Assembly: GCA_963703305.1 (NCBI GenBank)
Contig: OY969808.1
Location: 2,903,422 to 2,967,421 of the forward strand
Direction: 5' to 3'
DNA from: Vulcanimicrobiota bacterium
GTDB taxonomy: Bacteria; Vulcanimicrobiota; Vulcanimicrobiia; Vulcanimicrobiales; Vulcanimicrobiaceae
DNA length: 64,000 nucleotides
Part shown: piece by piece, positions 52,088 to 61,307 of the stretch
Layout of the letters: each line of letters begins with the position of its first letter
Numbering within the stretch: the first letter of the stretch is position 1
Position numbers and translations under genes: made by a program
The notes under the pieces: generated by a model
Database searches by the model: none
The model's input: the letters and a program-made list of their open reading frames with translations, nothing else
What the model was told of the DNA's origin: nothing

Positions 52088-53779
52088 CTACATGCTATCC
52101 GGCGCGCTGACGCCGAGCAGATGTAGCGCGTTTGCGAGGACGCTCATGGTGGCGAGGCAGAGCGCGAGACGTGCAAGGCGGACGGCGCGGTTGTCGTCCA
52201 AGACTTTGCACTCGGTGTAGAAAGCGTGGAAGTCGGCGGCGATGTCGCGGGCGTAGCGGGCTAGGCGGTGTGGGGCGAGGTGATCGACGGCGGCTTGGAT
52301 GGCGCGCGGGAACTCGGCTATTCGGCGCGCGAGCGCGAGTTCGGTTTCGTGGATGAGGGGGGCTAGCGATGCGGTTGTTGCGGCGACTTCGTCGTCGCCG
52401 CCGGCGCGGCGGAGGATTGAGGCGATGCGCGCGTGGCCGTATTGTACGTAGTAGACGGGGTTTTCGGCGGTTTTTTCGACCGCGAGCTTTAGATCGAACG
52501 TAAGCGGCGATTCGGGGGAGAGCATGACGAAGAAGAAGCGCGCGGCGTCGTTGCCCACTTCGTCGAGGATCTCGTCCAACGTCACGATGTCGCCGGCGCG
52601 TTTGCTCATGCTCATCGTCTCGCCGCCGCGCATTAATGCGACTTGCCCGGAGATCAGGACGTCGAGCGCGAGGGGATCGAAACCGAGGGCTTTCGCTAGC
52701 CCGCGCAGGCGGCCGATGTAGCCGTGATGATCGGGGCCGAGAATGTCGATCACGCGGCCGGCGCGCTGCAGTTTTTGATAGTGGTACGTTACGTCGAGCG
52801 CGAAATAGGTTGGGCGGCCGTCGCTGCGCGTGACGACGCGATCCTTGTCGTCGTCGAAATCGGTCGCGCGAAACCAGACGGCGCCGTCCTTCTCGTACGT
52901 CGTTTCGAGTTCGGTCAGGCGGTCGACGCCTTCGCGGATCTTGCCGGTGTCGTGCAACTCTTTTTCGCTCTGCCACAGATCGTAGTGCACGCGGAAGCGC
53001 TCGGCGGTGCGCTGTTGCTGTGCGACCAGTTCGTCGCGCCCGAACTTCTTGAAATATGCCAGCCACTCGCTTTCGGGCGCCGCGATCCATTTGTCGCCGT
53101 CGCGTTCGCGAATCGCTTTTGCGATGGGGACGAGATATTCGCCGGGGTAACCGTCTTCCGGGAACGGGAATCCCGGTTCTCCGATCTGACGGTAGCGGGC
53201 GTAGAGCGAGCGCCCGAGCGTATCCATCTGTGCGCCGGCGTCGTTGATGATCCATTCGACGAAGACGTCGTACCCGCGCATGCGGAACGCGCGCACGAGC
53301 GCGTCGCCGATCGAGAGCGTGCGTCCCTGCACGACCACCAGCGGCCCGGTGGGGTTCGCGCTGCCGAACTCGAGCGAAATCCTCCGGCCGTTGCTCGGCA
53401 ATCTGCCGAAATCGTCGCCGAGCTCGAGAGTTTGGCGGATCGAATTCTGCCACACGTGCGGTGCCAAGCGCAGGTTGATGAACCCGGCGACCGCATCGAT
53501 GCTCGCGAAAAGCGATGCGAGCTCCGGCGCGGCGGCACGAACGTCCTCGATCAGCGCCAGCGCGACATCCTGCGGCGAGCGTTTCGCAACCTTGGCCAGC
53601 TGCAGGGCGACGTTCGTTGCGAAATCGCCAAACTCGGGGCGGCGGGGGGCCTCGAATGCCGGCGCGGCTGCCGGAGCTTCGGGATAGCGCGCAGCCACGG
53701 CGCGTTCAACGGCGGCACCGAACGCGTGCAGCGCATCATCCGGCAGGGGCCCCGAAATTTCAGTGGTGGTAGGGTTCAT
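52088..53779 (-). CDS. argS: arginine--tRNA ligase
   Basis: 563 aa. ..FGDFATNVALQLAK.., class I HIGH-region equivalent ..SANPTGPLVVVQGR.., ..GPDHHGYIGRL.., and a C-terminal DALR anticodon-binding domain. Confidence 0.95.
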   Translation of the reverse strand: MNPTTTEISGPLPDDALHAFGAAVERAVAARYPEAPAAAPAFEAPRRPEFGDFATNVALQLAKVAKRSPQDVALALIEDVRAAAPELASLFASIDAVAGFINLRLAPHVWQNSIRQTLELGDDFGRLPSNGRRISLEFGSANPTGPLVVVQGRTLSIGDALVRAFRMRGYDVFVEWIINDAGAQMDTLGRSLYARYRQIGEPGFPFPEDGYPGEYLVPIAKAIRERDGDKWIAAPESEWLAYFKKFGRDELVAQQQRTAERFRVHYDLWQSEKELHDTGKIREGVDRLTELETTYEKDGAVWFRATDFDDDKDRVVTRSDGRPTYFALDVTYHYQKLQRAGRVIDILGPDHHGYIGRLRGLAKALGFDPLALDVLISGQVALMRGGETMSMSKRAGDIVTLDEILDEVGNDAARFFFVMLSPESPLTFDLKLAVEKTAENPVYYVQYGHARIASILRRAGGDDEVAATTASLAPLIHETELALARRIAEFPRAIQAAVDHLAPHRLARYARDIAADFHAFYTECKVLDDNRAVRLARLALCLATMSVLANALHLLGVSAPDSM

Positions 53780-54221
53780 TCCGCAAAATCTTCGCCGCGC
53801 GATAGAGTTGTTCCAGCACGATGGCGCGCGCCCACTCGTGCAAAAACGTTAACTCCGAGAGCGACCAGCGCATCTCGGCGCGCTCGAGCAGCGCTTCGTC
53901 GGCGCCGAACGTGCCGGCCACGACAAAAGTCAGACGAGAAGTGCCGGCGTGCGCGACCTCGTCAAGCCGCTGCGCGAGGGCTTCGCTCGAGAGCTGCGAG
54001 CCGCTCCGTTCGAGCAGCCACACGCGGTCGTCCGGGCGCAAGTGCCGCCGAATGCGCTCGGACTCCTCGCGGATCGCAGCCTGCGCGTTTTTTCCGTTAC
54101 CGGGCCGCACTTCGATCTCTTCGTAGGGATAGTAAGGTCCGAGCCGTTTGCGCAGTTCGGCGCAGAGTTCGGCAACGTGCGGCGAGCGCAACTTGTCGAC
54201 GGCGATCAATCGCAGCTGCAT
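53760..54221 (-). CDS. rlmH: 23S rRNA (pseudouridine1915-N3)-methyltransferase
   Basis: 153 aa SPOUT fold. ..VLLERSGSQLSSEALAQRL..LTFVVAGTFGADE..SLSELTFLHEWARAIVLEQLYRA.. 20-nt overlap with argS. Confidence 0.9.
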   Translation of the reverse strand: MQLRLIAVDKLRSPHVAELCAELRKRLGPYYPYEEIEVRPGNGKNAQAAIREESERIRRHLRPDDRVWLLERSGSQLSSEALAQRLDEVAHAGTSRLTFVVAGTFGADEALLERAEMRWSLSELTFLHEWARAIVLEQLYRAAKILRNEPYHH

Positions 54222-55078
54222 CGCGCAATAGCATAACAGGTCGCGCCGCGCCGCTCGACCATGCCGTCGAGTTCGAGCATCGCGAGGGCGGCCATCACGG
54301 CCGGTGCGAGTATGCCGGTTTCATCGACCAGGCCGTCGAGGTCGCGTTCGCCGCCCTCGAGTACCGTCAGCAGCCGAGCGGCAATTGGATCCGTGCTTGC
54401 AACTCCGAACGGCAGCGGAAGCGGACTCCCGTGGCCTAGCACCTCAAGGACGTCGCCGGCATGACGCGCCAGTATCGCGCCGTCGCGGATCAGCGCGAGA
54501 CAGCCTTGAACGTGCGCCCGGTCAACGTCACCCGGCACCGCGAAGACCGGGATGCGGCCCGCCGCCCAGCCTGCGGTGTTGAGTGCGCCGCTGCGCGCAG
54601 GGGCCTCGATCACGACCACGGCGTCCGAGAGCGCGGCGACGATACCGTTTCGCGCGAGAAACTGGTTCGGGTAGGCGACGTCGTCCGGAGCGTACGGCGA
54701 AAGCACGGCACCGCCGGCGGCAACCATACGCTCGGCCAATCCGGCGTTGCGGCGCGGAAAGAACTGCCGGTGGCCGCTGCCGAGCACGCCGATCGTCGGC
54801 GCGTTCGCGCGCAACGCGCCTTCGTGCGCTTCGGCGTCGATTCCGAGCGCGAGGCCGGAAACGATGCAGCACCCTGCCGCGCCGAGACGTTCGGCAAACG
54901 CGCGCGCAAGACGCCTCCCATACGGCGTAGCCGCACGCGTGCCGACGATCGCGACGCACGGTTTTGCAAGGCCGGCGAGCGTTCCGGACCGCCATAAACC
55001 AGCCGCTGCAAGCTCGACGCCGCGCGCACCGCACGCCGATACGATTGCCTCGCGCGATTCGAACACGGGGTCGTCCAT
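54206..55078 (-). CDS. dprA: DNA processing protein DprA (Smf)
   Basis: ORF 54206..55264 trimmed to the ATG at 55078, because the upstream part overlaps a plus-strand small gene. ..VAIVGTRAATPYG..IVSGLALGIDAEAHEGAL..TIGVLGSG..RNGIVAALSDAVVVIEAPARSGALNTA.. C-terminal winged helix. Confidence 0.85.
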   Translation of the reverse strand: MDDPVFESREAIVSACGARGVELAAAGLWRSGTLAGLAKPCVAIVGTRAATPYGRRLARAFAERLGAAGCCIVSGLALGIDAEAHEGALRANAPTIGVLGSGHRQFFPRRNAGLAERMVAAGGAVLSPYAPDDVAYPNQFLARNGIVAALSDAVVVIEAPARSGALNTAGWAAGRIPVFAVPGDVDRAHVQGCLALIRDGAILARHAGDVLEVLGHGSPLPLPFGVASTDPIAARLLTVLEGGERDLDGLVDETGILAPAVMAALAMLELDGMVERRGATCYAIARCSCD

Positions 55079-55214
55079 TATCGCCGCTATCACGCCAATC
55101 GAGGTCGCTCGCAAGGGGTACCCTTTTCGTGCTTGTTCGTGCTTAGGCGCCTCCCTCGAGGGGAATCGCAGGCAAGCCAGGGAATGGGCCCGGCACCAAA
55201 CGGAGGTACCCCAG

Positions 55215-55364
55215 GTGGCAGCAGAAGCGTATTGCGTGAAGTGCAAAACGAAGCGGCAGATCAAAGACGCCGTTCAAATCACCATGAAGAATGGCCGTCC
55301 GGCAACCGAGGGCAAGTGCCCGGAGTGCGGGACCAAGATGTTCAAGATCGGAGCCGCGAGCTAA
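55215..55364 (+). CDS. small zinc-ribbon protein (DUF5679-like)
   Basis: 49 aa from a GTG preceded by GGAGG: VAAEAYCVKCKTKRQIKDAVQITMKNGRPATEGKCPECGTKMFKIGAAS. Two CxxC pairs. Followed by a terminator hairpin. Confidence 0.6.
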   Translation: MAAEAYCVKCKTKRQIKDAVQITMKNGRPATEGKCPECGTKMFKIGAAS

Positions 55365-55388
55365 CCAAGCGCGGTCTTTCGATAGCGA

Positions 55389-55416
55389 AGGGACCGTCAT
55401 CCGACGGTCCTTTTTG
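55389..55416 (+). terminator. rho-independent terminator
   Basis: GGACCGTC-atcc-GACGGTCC stem-loop followed by TTTTT, about 25 nt after the small zinc-ribbon gene stop. Confidence 0.6.
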
Positions 55417-55466
55417 CGTTCGCTACGGATAGTAGGCTATAATCGAGCGGGCACTAGATATTGGGG
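55414..55466 (+). promoter_or_regulatory. candidate sigma-70 promoter (TTGCGT-18-TATAAT) with overlapping NrdR-box-like palindrome
   Basis: TTGCGT at 55414 and TATAAT at 55438. The 16-mer GCACTAGATATTGGGG (55451..55466) resembles the NrdR box consensus acaCwAtATaTwgTgt. It lies directly upstream of nrdR. Confidence 0.3.
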
Positions 55467-55487
55467 TAGCTGCTAGGAGTATCGCCG

Positions 55488-55940
55488 CTGTTCTGTCCGA
55501 CCTGTCGCAAGAGCGAGACGCGCGTCGTCGATTCACGCGACGATGAGACCGTCGTTCGCCGGCGGCGCGAGTGTTTGGACCCGCGCTGCAAGCACCGTTT
55601 TACGACCTACGAGCGGATGGAATCCCCGCGTCTCTTCGTCGTGAAAAAAGACGGCCGCCGCGAACAGTACAATCGCGAGAAGATCCTCGGCGGGCTGCGC
55701 AAGGCGTGCGAGAAGCGTCCGATCTCCGAAAGTCAGATGGAAAGCACCGCTGCCGACCTCGAGCGCGAACTCTTCGCACGCGGCGAGAGCGAAGTGCCCT
55801 CGACGATGGTCGGCGAGAAGCTGATGGAATCGCTAAAGAAGCTCGATCCCGTCGCGTACATTCGTTTTGCGAGCGTCTATCGCTCGTTCCGCGATCTCGA
55901 GAGCTTCCGGGAAGAGTTATCCGCCCTCTTTGCTAAATGA
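55488..55940 (+). CDS. nrdR: transcriptional repressor NrdR (CTG start)
   Basis: Track ORF 55575..55940 lacks the zinc ribbon. In-frame upstream sequence: (CTG)[41 protein letters not shown].. A TAG lies 7 codons upstream of this CTG, with no ATG/GTG/TTG in between. AGGAG lies 8 nt upstream. The ATP-cone follows. Confidence 0.85.
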   Translation: MFCPTCRKSETRVVDSRDDETVVRRRRECLDPRCKHRFTTYERMESPRLFVVKKDGRREQYNREKILGGLRKACEKRPISESQMESTAADLERELFARGESEVPSTMVGEKLMESLKKLDPVAYIRFASVYRSFRDLESFREELSALFAK

Positions 55941-55947
55941 GCGGTTG

Positions 55948-56439
55948 ATGACCGCTAGGCCCAGCGACGGCGTTCGCGTCGCGCTACAACGCTTGCCGGA
56001 GGGCGAAGGCTTGCCGGCTCCTGCCTACATGAGCGCGCACGCAGCCGGCGCCGATTTGTGCGCGGGCATTCGCGAAGAACTGACGCTGCTGCCGGGCGCT
56101 CGCGCGCTCGTCCCGACGGGATTCTCGATCGCGTTGCCCCCCGGCTTCGAAGCGCAGATTCGGCCGCGCAGCGGCCTCGCGCTGCGCAACGGCGTAACCG
56201 TGCTCAACTCGCCGGGCACGATCGATGCCGACTATCGCGGACCGGTGCAAGTACTCTTGGCCAATCTCGGTACGGAACCGGTGACGATTCGCCGCGGCGA
56301 CCGCATCGCACAGATGATCGTCGCGCCCGTGTCGCGAGCGCTCTTCGAAGAGGTCGACGATCTGCCCGAAACGCCGCGCGGTGCGGGCGGCTTCGGATCG
56401 ACCGGCGTCGCGACGCTAGCAACGCAGGTACCCGGGTGA
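55948..56439 (+). CDS. dut: dUTP diphosphatase
   Basis: ORF 55867..56439 trimmed to the ATG at 55948. ..[65 protein letters not shown]. Confidence 0.9.
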   Translation: MTARPSDGVRVALQRLPEGEGLPAPAYMSAHAAGADLCAGIREELTLLPGARALVPTGFSIALPPGFEAQIRPRSGLALRNGVTVLNSPGTIDADYRGPVQVLLANLGTEPVTIRRGDRIAQMIVAPVSRALFEEVDDLPETPRGAGGFGSTGVATLATQVPG

Positions 56440-57407
56440 GGGTCTACATCGTCGGCAAAGGCGCGGTCGGAACGTATCTCGGCGGCTTGCTCGACTCGAT
56501 CGGCGTCGAAGTGATGTACGCGCCGCGCTCGATCGACGACGTGGTGCCCTACGATGCCGACGTGGCAATCGTAACGACGAAATCGTACGACACCGACGGC
56601 GCGATCGCGACGCTGCGCGTAGCGATCCCGCACCCGGAGAAATGCGTGTTCCTTTCGCCGCAGAACGGCGTCGGCAACGAAGAAAAACTTGCCGAGGCCT
56701 TCGGCGCCGACAACGTGGTCGCGGCGGCGCTGACGGTGCCTATCGATCGCGATCGCGACGGCAACGCATCGGCGGCTAATACCGGCGGCTTCGCGCTCGC
56801 GCCGATGGGCGCCAACGCATACAACTGGCTGGTGGCCACGTTCGCGAGCGCCGGACTCAACGTGAAGGTCGTTGACGATTGGCGCGCGCTGAAGTGGAGC
56901 AAGCTCGCGCTCAACGTCGTCGCCAACGCGAGCTGTGCGATTCTCAACGTGCTCCCGAACCGGCTCGTGCACTTCGACCGCATCTTCACGCTGGAGATCC
57001 GGATGGTTCGCGAAGTGCAGGCCGTGATGAAAAAGATGGGGATCACGCCGATCGACCTGCCGCGTTATCCGGTGCGCGCTCTGCTCAACGTCGCGAGCCT
57101 GCCGAGCCCGCTCGCGCGCACGCTGCTGACCAAACGGATCGCCGGCGCTCGCGGGACCAAAGCGCCGTCGCTGCTGCTGGATCTGCGCGGTGCGAAATTG
57201 CAGACCGAGGTCGACGTGCTCAACGGCGCGGTTGCCGCTGCCGGACATAAATACGGCGTTCCAACGCCGGTGAACGCGGTGTATTGCCGCGTACTCGAAG
57301 ACATCGCCCACACGCCGCCGCTTTGGGCGAAGTACCGCGAACGCCCCGAAACGCTCGACGCCGAAGTCGAAGCCGAGATCAAACGCGTTAAAGCCGTCAC
57401 CCGGTAA
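56436..57407 (+). CDS. ketopantoate reductase (ApbA/PanE) family oxidoreductase
   Basis: GTG at 56436 overlaps the dut TGA. Rossmann N-terminus [15 protein letters not shown]. ..[22 protein letters not shown].. is the PanE C-terminal domain pattern. Confidence 0.75.
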   Translation: MRVYIVGKGAVGTYLGGLLDSIGVEVMYAPRSIDDVVPYDADVAIVTTKSYDTDGAIATLRVAIPHPEKCVFLSPQNGVGNEEKLAEAFGADNVVAAALTVPIDRDRDGNASAANTGGFALAPMGANAYNWLVATFASAGLNVKVVDDWRALKWSKLALNVVANASCAILNVLPNRLVHFDRIFTLEIRMVREVQAVMKKMGITPIDLPRYPVRALLNVASLPSPLARTLLTKRIAGARGTKAPSLLLDLRGAKLQTEVDVLNGAVAAAGHKYGVPTPVNAVYCRVLEDIAHTPPLWAKYRERPETLDAEVEAEIKRVKAVTR

Positions 57408-57431
57408 CCCTAGGACCGTCAACGAGGAATC

Positions 57432-58283
57432 ATGCGCGACCCGAACGTTCCCGAATCGATCGAGGGCTGGTGGATACTCCACCGCATGTTTTCATTGGAC
57501 CGTCGACGGTGGGACGCACTGCCGGAAAAACGGCGCAACAAATGGACGCAGCACGCGGTCGACCTGGTCGATCATTTCAAGTCGAGCGAGGAAGGCGACG
57601 TCGGGCTCGCGCAGATCGTCGGCAACAAAGGCGACCTGATGCTCACGCACTACGCGCGTACGTACGACGGCATTGCATACGCGCAGACGCTGGTCGATAA
57701 ACTCGAGCTGCGAGAGTTCTTGACCCTGCAAGGTTCGTACGTCTCCGTGCTCGAGCTCGGCCTGTACGACGCAACCGGCAAGATTCACCTCGAGCTTACG
57801 GAGCGCGGTCTGGCGCAGCAATCGCCGGAATGGATTGCCGGATTCGACGAACTCATGCGCAAGCAGGCGGAGAGCCCGTATGTCGGACCGCGCCTGTGGG
57901 CGAAGATTCCGCAGCGGCGCTACGCATGTTTCTATCCGATGAGCAAGCGGCGCGGCGAGGTGGAGAACTGGTACATGCTCGGATTCGACGCGCGCGCCAA
58001 GATGATGAGCGAGCACGGCGTCGTCGGCCGCACCTATCACGGCCGCGTCACGCAAGTGATCTCGGGTTCGATCGGCTACGACGACTACGAGTGGGGCGTC
58101 GATCTCTATGCCGACGATCCGCTGGTCTTCAAGAAACTCATCTACGAAATGCGCTTCGACGAAGCCAGCGCGCGTTACGGCGAATTCGGTGCGTTTTGGT
58201 CCGGCATTCAGTTCTCTTCCGACGAACTCGCCGCGTTCCTCGACGGGGATGCGATCCCGCAACTCAACGCCCCGGCCCCGTGA
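57432..58283 (+). CDS. chlorite dismutase family protein (HemQ/coproheme decarboxylase-like)
   Basis: 283 aa. ..EGWWILHRMF.., ..FYPMSKRRGEVENWYML..MMSEHGVVGR..VTQVISGSIGYDDYEWGVDLYADDPLVFKKLIYEMRFDEASARY.. Confidence 0.85.
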   Translation: MRDPNVPESIEGWWILHRMFSLDRRRWDALPEKRRNKWTQHAVDLVDHFKSSEEGDVGLAQIVGNKGDLMLTHYARTYDGIAYAQTLVDKLELREFLTLQGSYVSVLELGLYDATGKIHLELTERGLAQQSPEWIAGFDELMRKQAESPYVGPRLWAKIPQRRYACFYPMSKRRGEVENWYMLGFDARAKMMSEHGVVGRTYHGRVTQVISGSIGYDDYEWGVDLYADDPLVFKKLIYEMRFDEASARYGEFGAFWSGIQFSSDELAAFLDGDAIPQLNAPAP

Positions 58284-58762
58284 CCGGCGAGTACTCCGTT
58301 CGTGCGGCTGCGCCCGACGACGCGGAGTTCGTGCTGGAACTGTTCGCTCGCGATCACGTCCGACCGTACACGCACGGACCGCGGTCGATCGAGGATTTCC
58401 ACCGCAGTCTCGCGATCGGCGGCAAGGAAGTCGCCATTCTCGAACGCGGCGGCCGGCCGTTCGGAAATATATGCCTGGGGACGTCGCTGCCCTGGCTGTT
58501 GGAGCTGCAGGTGATCGCGATGTGGGAGAACGGTCGCGGTGCCGGGCAATTTGGGATGCAGTACGTGAAGTGGCACGGCTTTGACGACCTGCGTGTGAAC
58601 CGGATCTATCTGGAGGTCGTCGCGACGAACGCGCGCGCGCGAACGCTCTACGAACGGTCGGGATTTACGGCCGAAGGTCTGTTTCGCTCCGGTTATTGCG
58701 ACGTCGACGGAACCTTCCACGATCTCGCGGCCTACGGGATGCTCGCGACCGATCCGCGCTAA
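58280..58762 (+). CDS. GNAT family N-acetyltransferase
   Basis: GTG overlaps the upstream TGA. ..NRIYLEVVATNARARTLYERSGFTAEG.. Confidence 0.7.
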   Translation: MTGEYSVRAAAPDDAEFVLELFARDHVRPYTHGPRSIEDFHRSLAIGGKEVAILERGGRPFGNICLGTSLPWLLELQVIAMWENGRGAGQFGMQYVKWHGFDDLRVNRIYLEVVATNARARTLYERSGFTAEGLFRSGYCDVDGTFHDLAAYGMLATDPR

Positions 58763-59172
58763 AGCTTTTTGAAGTAGAAGATCTCCGGGTCTCCGGGGTC
58801 GAGATTCTCCAGCCGACCGACCGGCTCGAATCCGCGTTTGCCGAGCATGCCCTGCATCACCGCGTTCGATTCGTTGGTCGACGTGTAGAGATTGTGCCCT
58901 TTGTTGAGCGACTCGACGCGGGCGATCAGCTCCGTTGCGACGCCCAAGTGCTGGTGGTTCGGGTCCACGCCGAGCATCCACATGAACGGGCGGGCGTAAA
59001 AGCCGCGGTCCCACACCACGAACCCCGCAATCGCGCCGTCGATCTCGGCGACCAAGCATTCCTTCGAGCCGAGGGCGTGTCGGATGAACGTCAGATGGTG
59101 CGAGTAGTGCAGCGCGTGCGGCATCGTCTCGAGTTGCGCGAGCTCTTCGGGCTTAGCTTGGCGGACGTGCAT
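58759..59172 (-). CDS. GNAT family N-acetyltransferase
   Basis: ORF 58759..59280 trimmed to the ATG at 59172 (MHVRQAKPEEL..). ..MWMLGVDPNHQHLGVATELIARV..AVMQGMLGKRGFEPVG.. Confidence 0.7.
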   Translation of the reverse strand: MHVRQAKPEELAQLETMPHALHYSHHLTFIRHALGSKECLVAEIDGAIAGFVVWDRGFYARPFMWMLGVDPNHQHLGVATELIARVESLNKGHNLYTSTNESNAVMQGMLGKRGFEPVGRLENLDPGDPEIFYFKKL

Positions 59173-59237
59173 GGCGACCCGTTTTGCCTCCCGTAAAAAC
59201 GGTTCCCTCCGTCGCCGCGTCGAAATAGCGCGTAACG

Positions 59238-61283
59238 ATGATGCCGCTCGCTCTGCCGCCCGCGCGTGCGATGATTCCATTTCGGGAACGGCACGTCCGG
59301 CGGACGCCGGCCGTCGAGCGATTCGGCGCGCGCGTCATCGTCGTCGGCTCGCAGCGCCTGCAAGCGTGCACGCTGACCGTGCGCGGATACTGCGGCGATT
59401 TGAACGTTCCGCTCAACTGGCTCGATTCCACCGACGGTACGATCTCGATTCGCTACCAATGGGTTCCGGCAAGCGGCGTTCCGCATTCGGCTCAGACCAT
59501 CATTGCCGAGGAAGGCGGCCCCGGCTATTCGACGACCGGAACCGGTGCCGAATACGCGCAGCTTTTTGCGCCGCTGCTTCGAACGCACAATCTGCTGATG
59601 ATGGATCAGCGCGGCACGGGCGGCTCTGCCGCGATCGATTGCCCGGCACTGCAGCCGTGGGGCGGCGACGGTACGATAACGGTGCCGTTCTTGCCGGCAG
59701 TAGAGCAGTGCGGCGCACAGCTGAATCGAACCTATCGCGATGCGAGCGGGAAGTTCGTTCGTGCCAGCGATCTCTTCGGTACGAGCCAGTCGGTGCGCGA
59801 TCTCGCGGCGATCGTCGGCGCGCTGCAGCTCGGGCGCGTCGACTACTACGGCGATTCGTACGGGTCGTTTTTCGGACAAGTATTCGCGTCGCGCTACCCG
59901 CAACTGCTTCGCTCGGTCGTGCTCGATTCCACCTATCCGACGATCGACCAAGATCCGTTCGACCGCGCGGGTCTGGCTGAGATTCGTTTCGGCTTTAACG
60001 CCGTCTGCGAACGCAGTCTGGCGTGCAGCGCGCAGGCGCCGGGATCGTCGATCGACCGGCTCCATCGGCTAGCCGACGCGCTCGACCGGCGCCCGCTCAT
60101 CGCCGAAGCCTTCGCGCCCGACGGCCACGTGGTGCACGTGCACCTCACCGGACCCGACCTTTACGAACTCACCGGCTCGGCCGGCGATGACTACGGACCG
60201 TACCGAAACATCGATGCCGCCGCGCGCGCGTATCTCGAACGCGGTGACAAAGTGCCGCTCGCGCGGCTCTTCGTGTGGACGACCTACTTCCCGCCCTCCT
60301 CGGAGTACGGCGTGCGCGAGTTTTCGATGGGTCTGGAGATGGCCGACAGCTGCACGGTCTACAAGAATCCATTCGATATCGATGCGCCGGTCGCAACCCG
60401 CCGCGTGCAGTACGGCCGCGCGGTTGCCGCGCTGCCCGTTTGGGTTGGTTTTCCGCTGAGCGTTTCGGATTTGATTCACTCTCCCGAAGAGGCGTACAAC
60501 GAGTGCCTCACGTGGCCCGCCCCCGCGCAAGTCGATCCGATCGTAACCAAGAAGCCGCCGATCGTTCCGGCAAGGCTGCCGATTCTGATCGTTTCCGGCG
60601 ACCTGGATGAAACGACGTCGCCCGGCGACGCGCGCCGCGCGGCGAGCGCCCTCGGCCCGAACGTCGTCTTCGCATCGTTGCCCAACGAAATCCACGTGCC
60701 GGCGCTGGACGATCCGTTCGACTGTGCAGCGGCAATCGTCGTCGCGTTCGTCGCGCACCCCGGGCCCGCGAATACGCAATGCGGCGCCTCGATTCCCGAA
60801 GTGCGCACCGTCGGCACGTTCCCGTTGGTGCTCGCCGATCAGCCGCCGGCCAGCCCAGCGCCGGGCAACGCTGCGACGATGCAGGAACTGCGCTTGGCGG
60901 CGCTCGCGGTCGAAGCGGTCGGCGATACGCGGCAGGCGTCGATCTATAACTACGAATCGTACTATCCAGACTGCGGACGCGGCTATTGCGGCCCTGGATT
61001 GCGCGGCGGCACGTTCTCCGCAACCGGCACGATCGAGCGCGTCGCGTTAAACAAAATTGAATATTCCTCAGATACGTCGACCTCCGGTGCGCTCTCGGTT
61101 GACGGCGCGCTTGGGCCGGGTTATCCCGGCGCAGTCGACGCACGCGTCGTCGCTACGGGACCGCAGGGTCTTTGGATCGACCTTGCGGTGCGCTACGACG
61201 AGCGCGTGCCGCACGCACTCGCAACGATTACCGGCCAAACGCGCGGCGGACGTCGCATCGCGGCGACGTTCCCAGCACCGTAA
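59238..61283 (+). CDS. alpha/beta hydrolase, tripeptidyl-aminopeptidase-like (S33-type)
   Basis: 681 aa. ..IIAEEGGPGYS..MMDQRGTGGS.. and nucleophile elbow YGDSYGSFFG. Large C-terminal extension. Start uncertain. Confidence 0.75.
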   Translation: MMPLALPPARAMIPFRERHVRRTPAVERFGARVIVVGSQRLQACTLTVRGYCGDLNVPLNWLDSTDGTISIRYQWVPASGVPHSAQTIIAEEGGPGYSTTGTGAEYAQLFAPLLRTHNLLMMDQRGTGGSAAIDCPALQPWGGDGTITVPFLPAVEQCGAQLNRTYRDASGKFVRASDLFGTSQSVRDLAAIVGALQLGRVDYYGDSYGSFFGQVFASRYPQLLRSVVLDSTYPTIDQDPFDRAGLAEIRFGFNAVCERSLACSAQAPGSSIDRLHRLADALDRRPLIAEAFAPDGHVVHVHLTGPDLYELTGSAGDDYGPYRNIDAAARAYLERGDKVPLARLFVWTTYFPPSSEYGVREFSMGLEMADSCTVYKNPFDIDAPVATRRVQYGRAVAALPVWVGFPLSVSDLIHSPEEAYNECLTWPAPAQVDPIVTKKPPIVPARLPILIVSGDLDETTSPGDARRAASALGPNVVFASLPNEIHVPALDDPFDCAAAIVVAFVAHPGPANTQCGASIPEVRTVGTFPLVLADQPPASPAPGNAATMQELRLAALAVEAVGDTRQASIYNYESYYPDCGRGYCGPGLRGGTFSATGTIERVALNKIEYSSDTSTSGALSVDGALGPGYPGAVDARVVATGPQGLWIDLAVRYDERVPHALATITGQTRGGRRIAATFPAP

Positions 61284-61307
61284 ATTTGCTCGTCACAAAA
61301 CGGCGGC

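Noticed and set aside
52095-53453. 452-aa Arg/Pro-rich minus-strand ORF and similar long ORFs (for example 15508..16467, 42387..43388, 28042..29091)
   Set aside because: These are alternative frames or antisense of confidently identified genes (argS, carboxylase, kinase, carboxyltransferase). Their extreme Arg/Pro/Ala composition is typical of non-coding frames in high-GC DNA.
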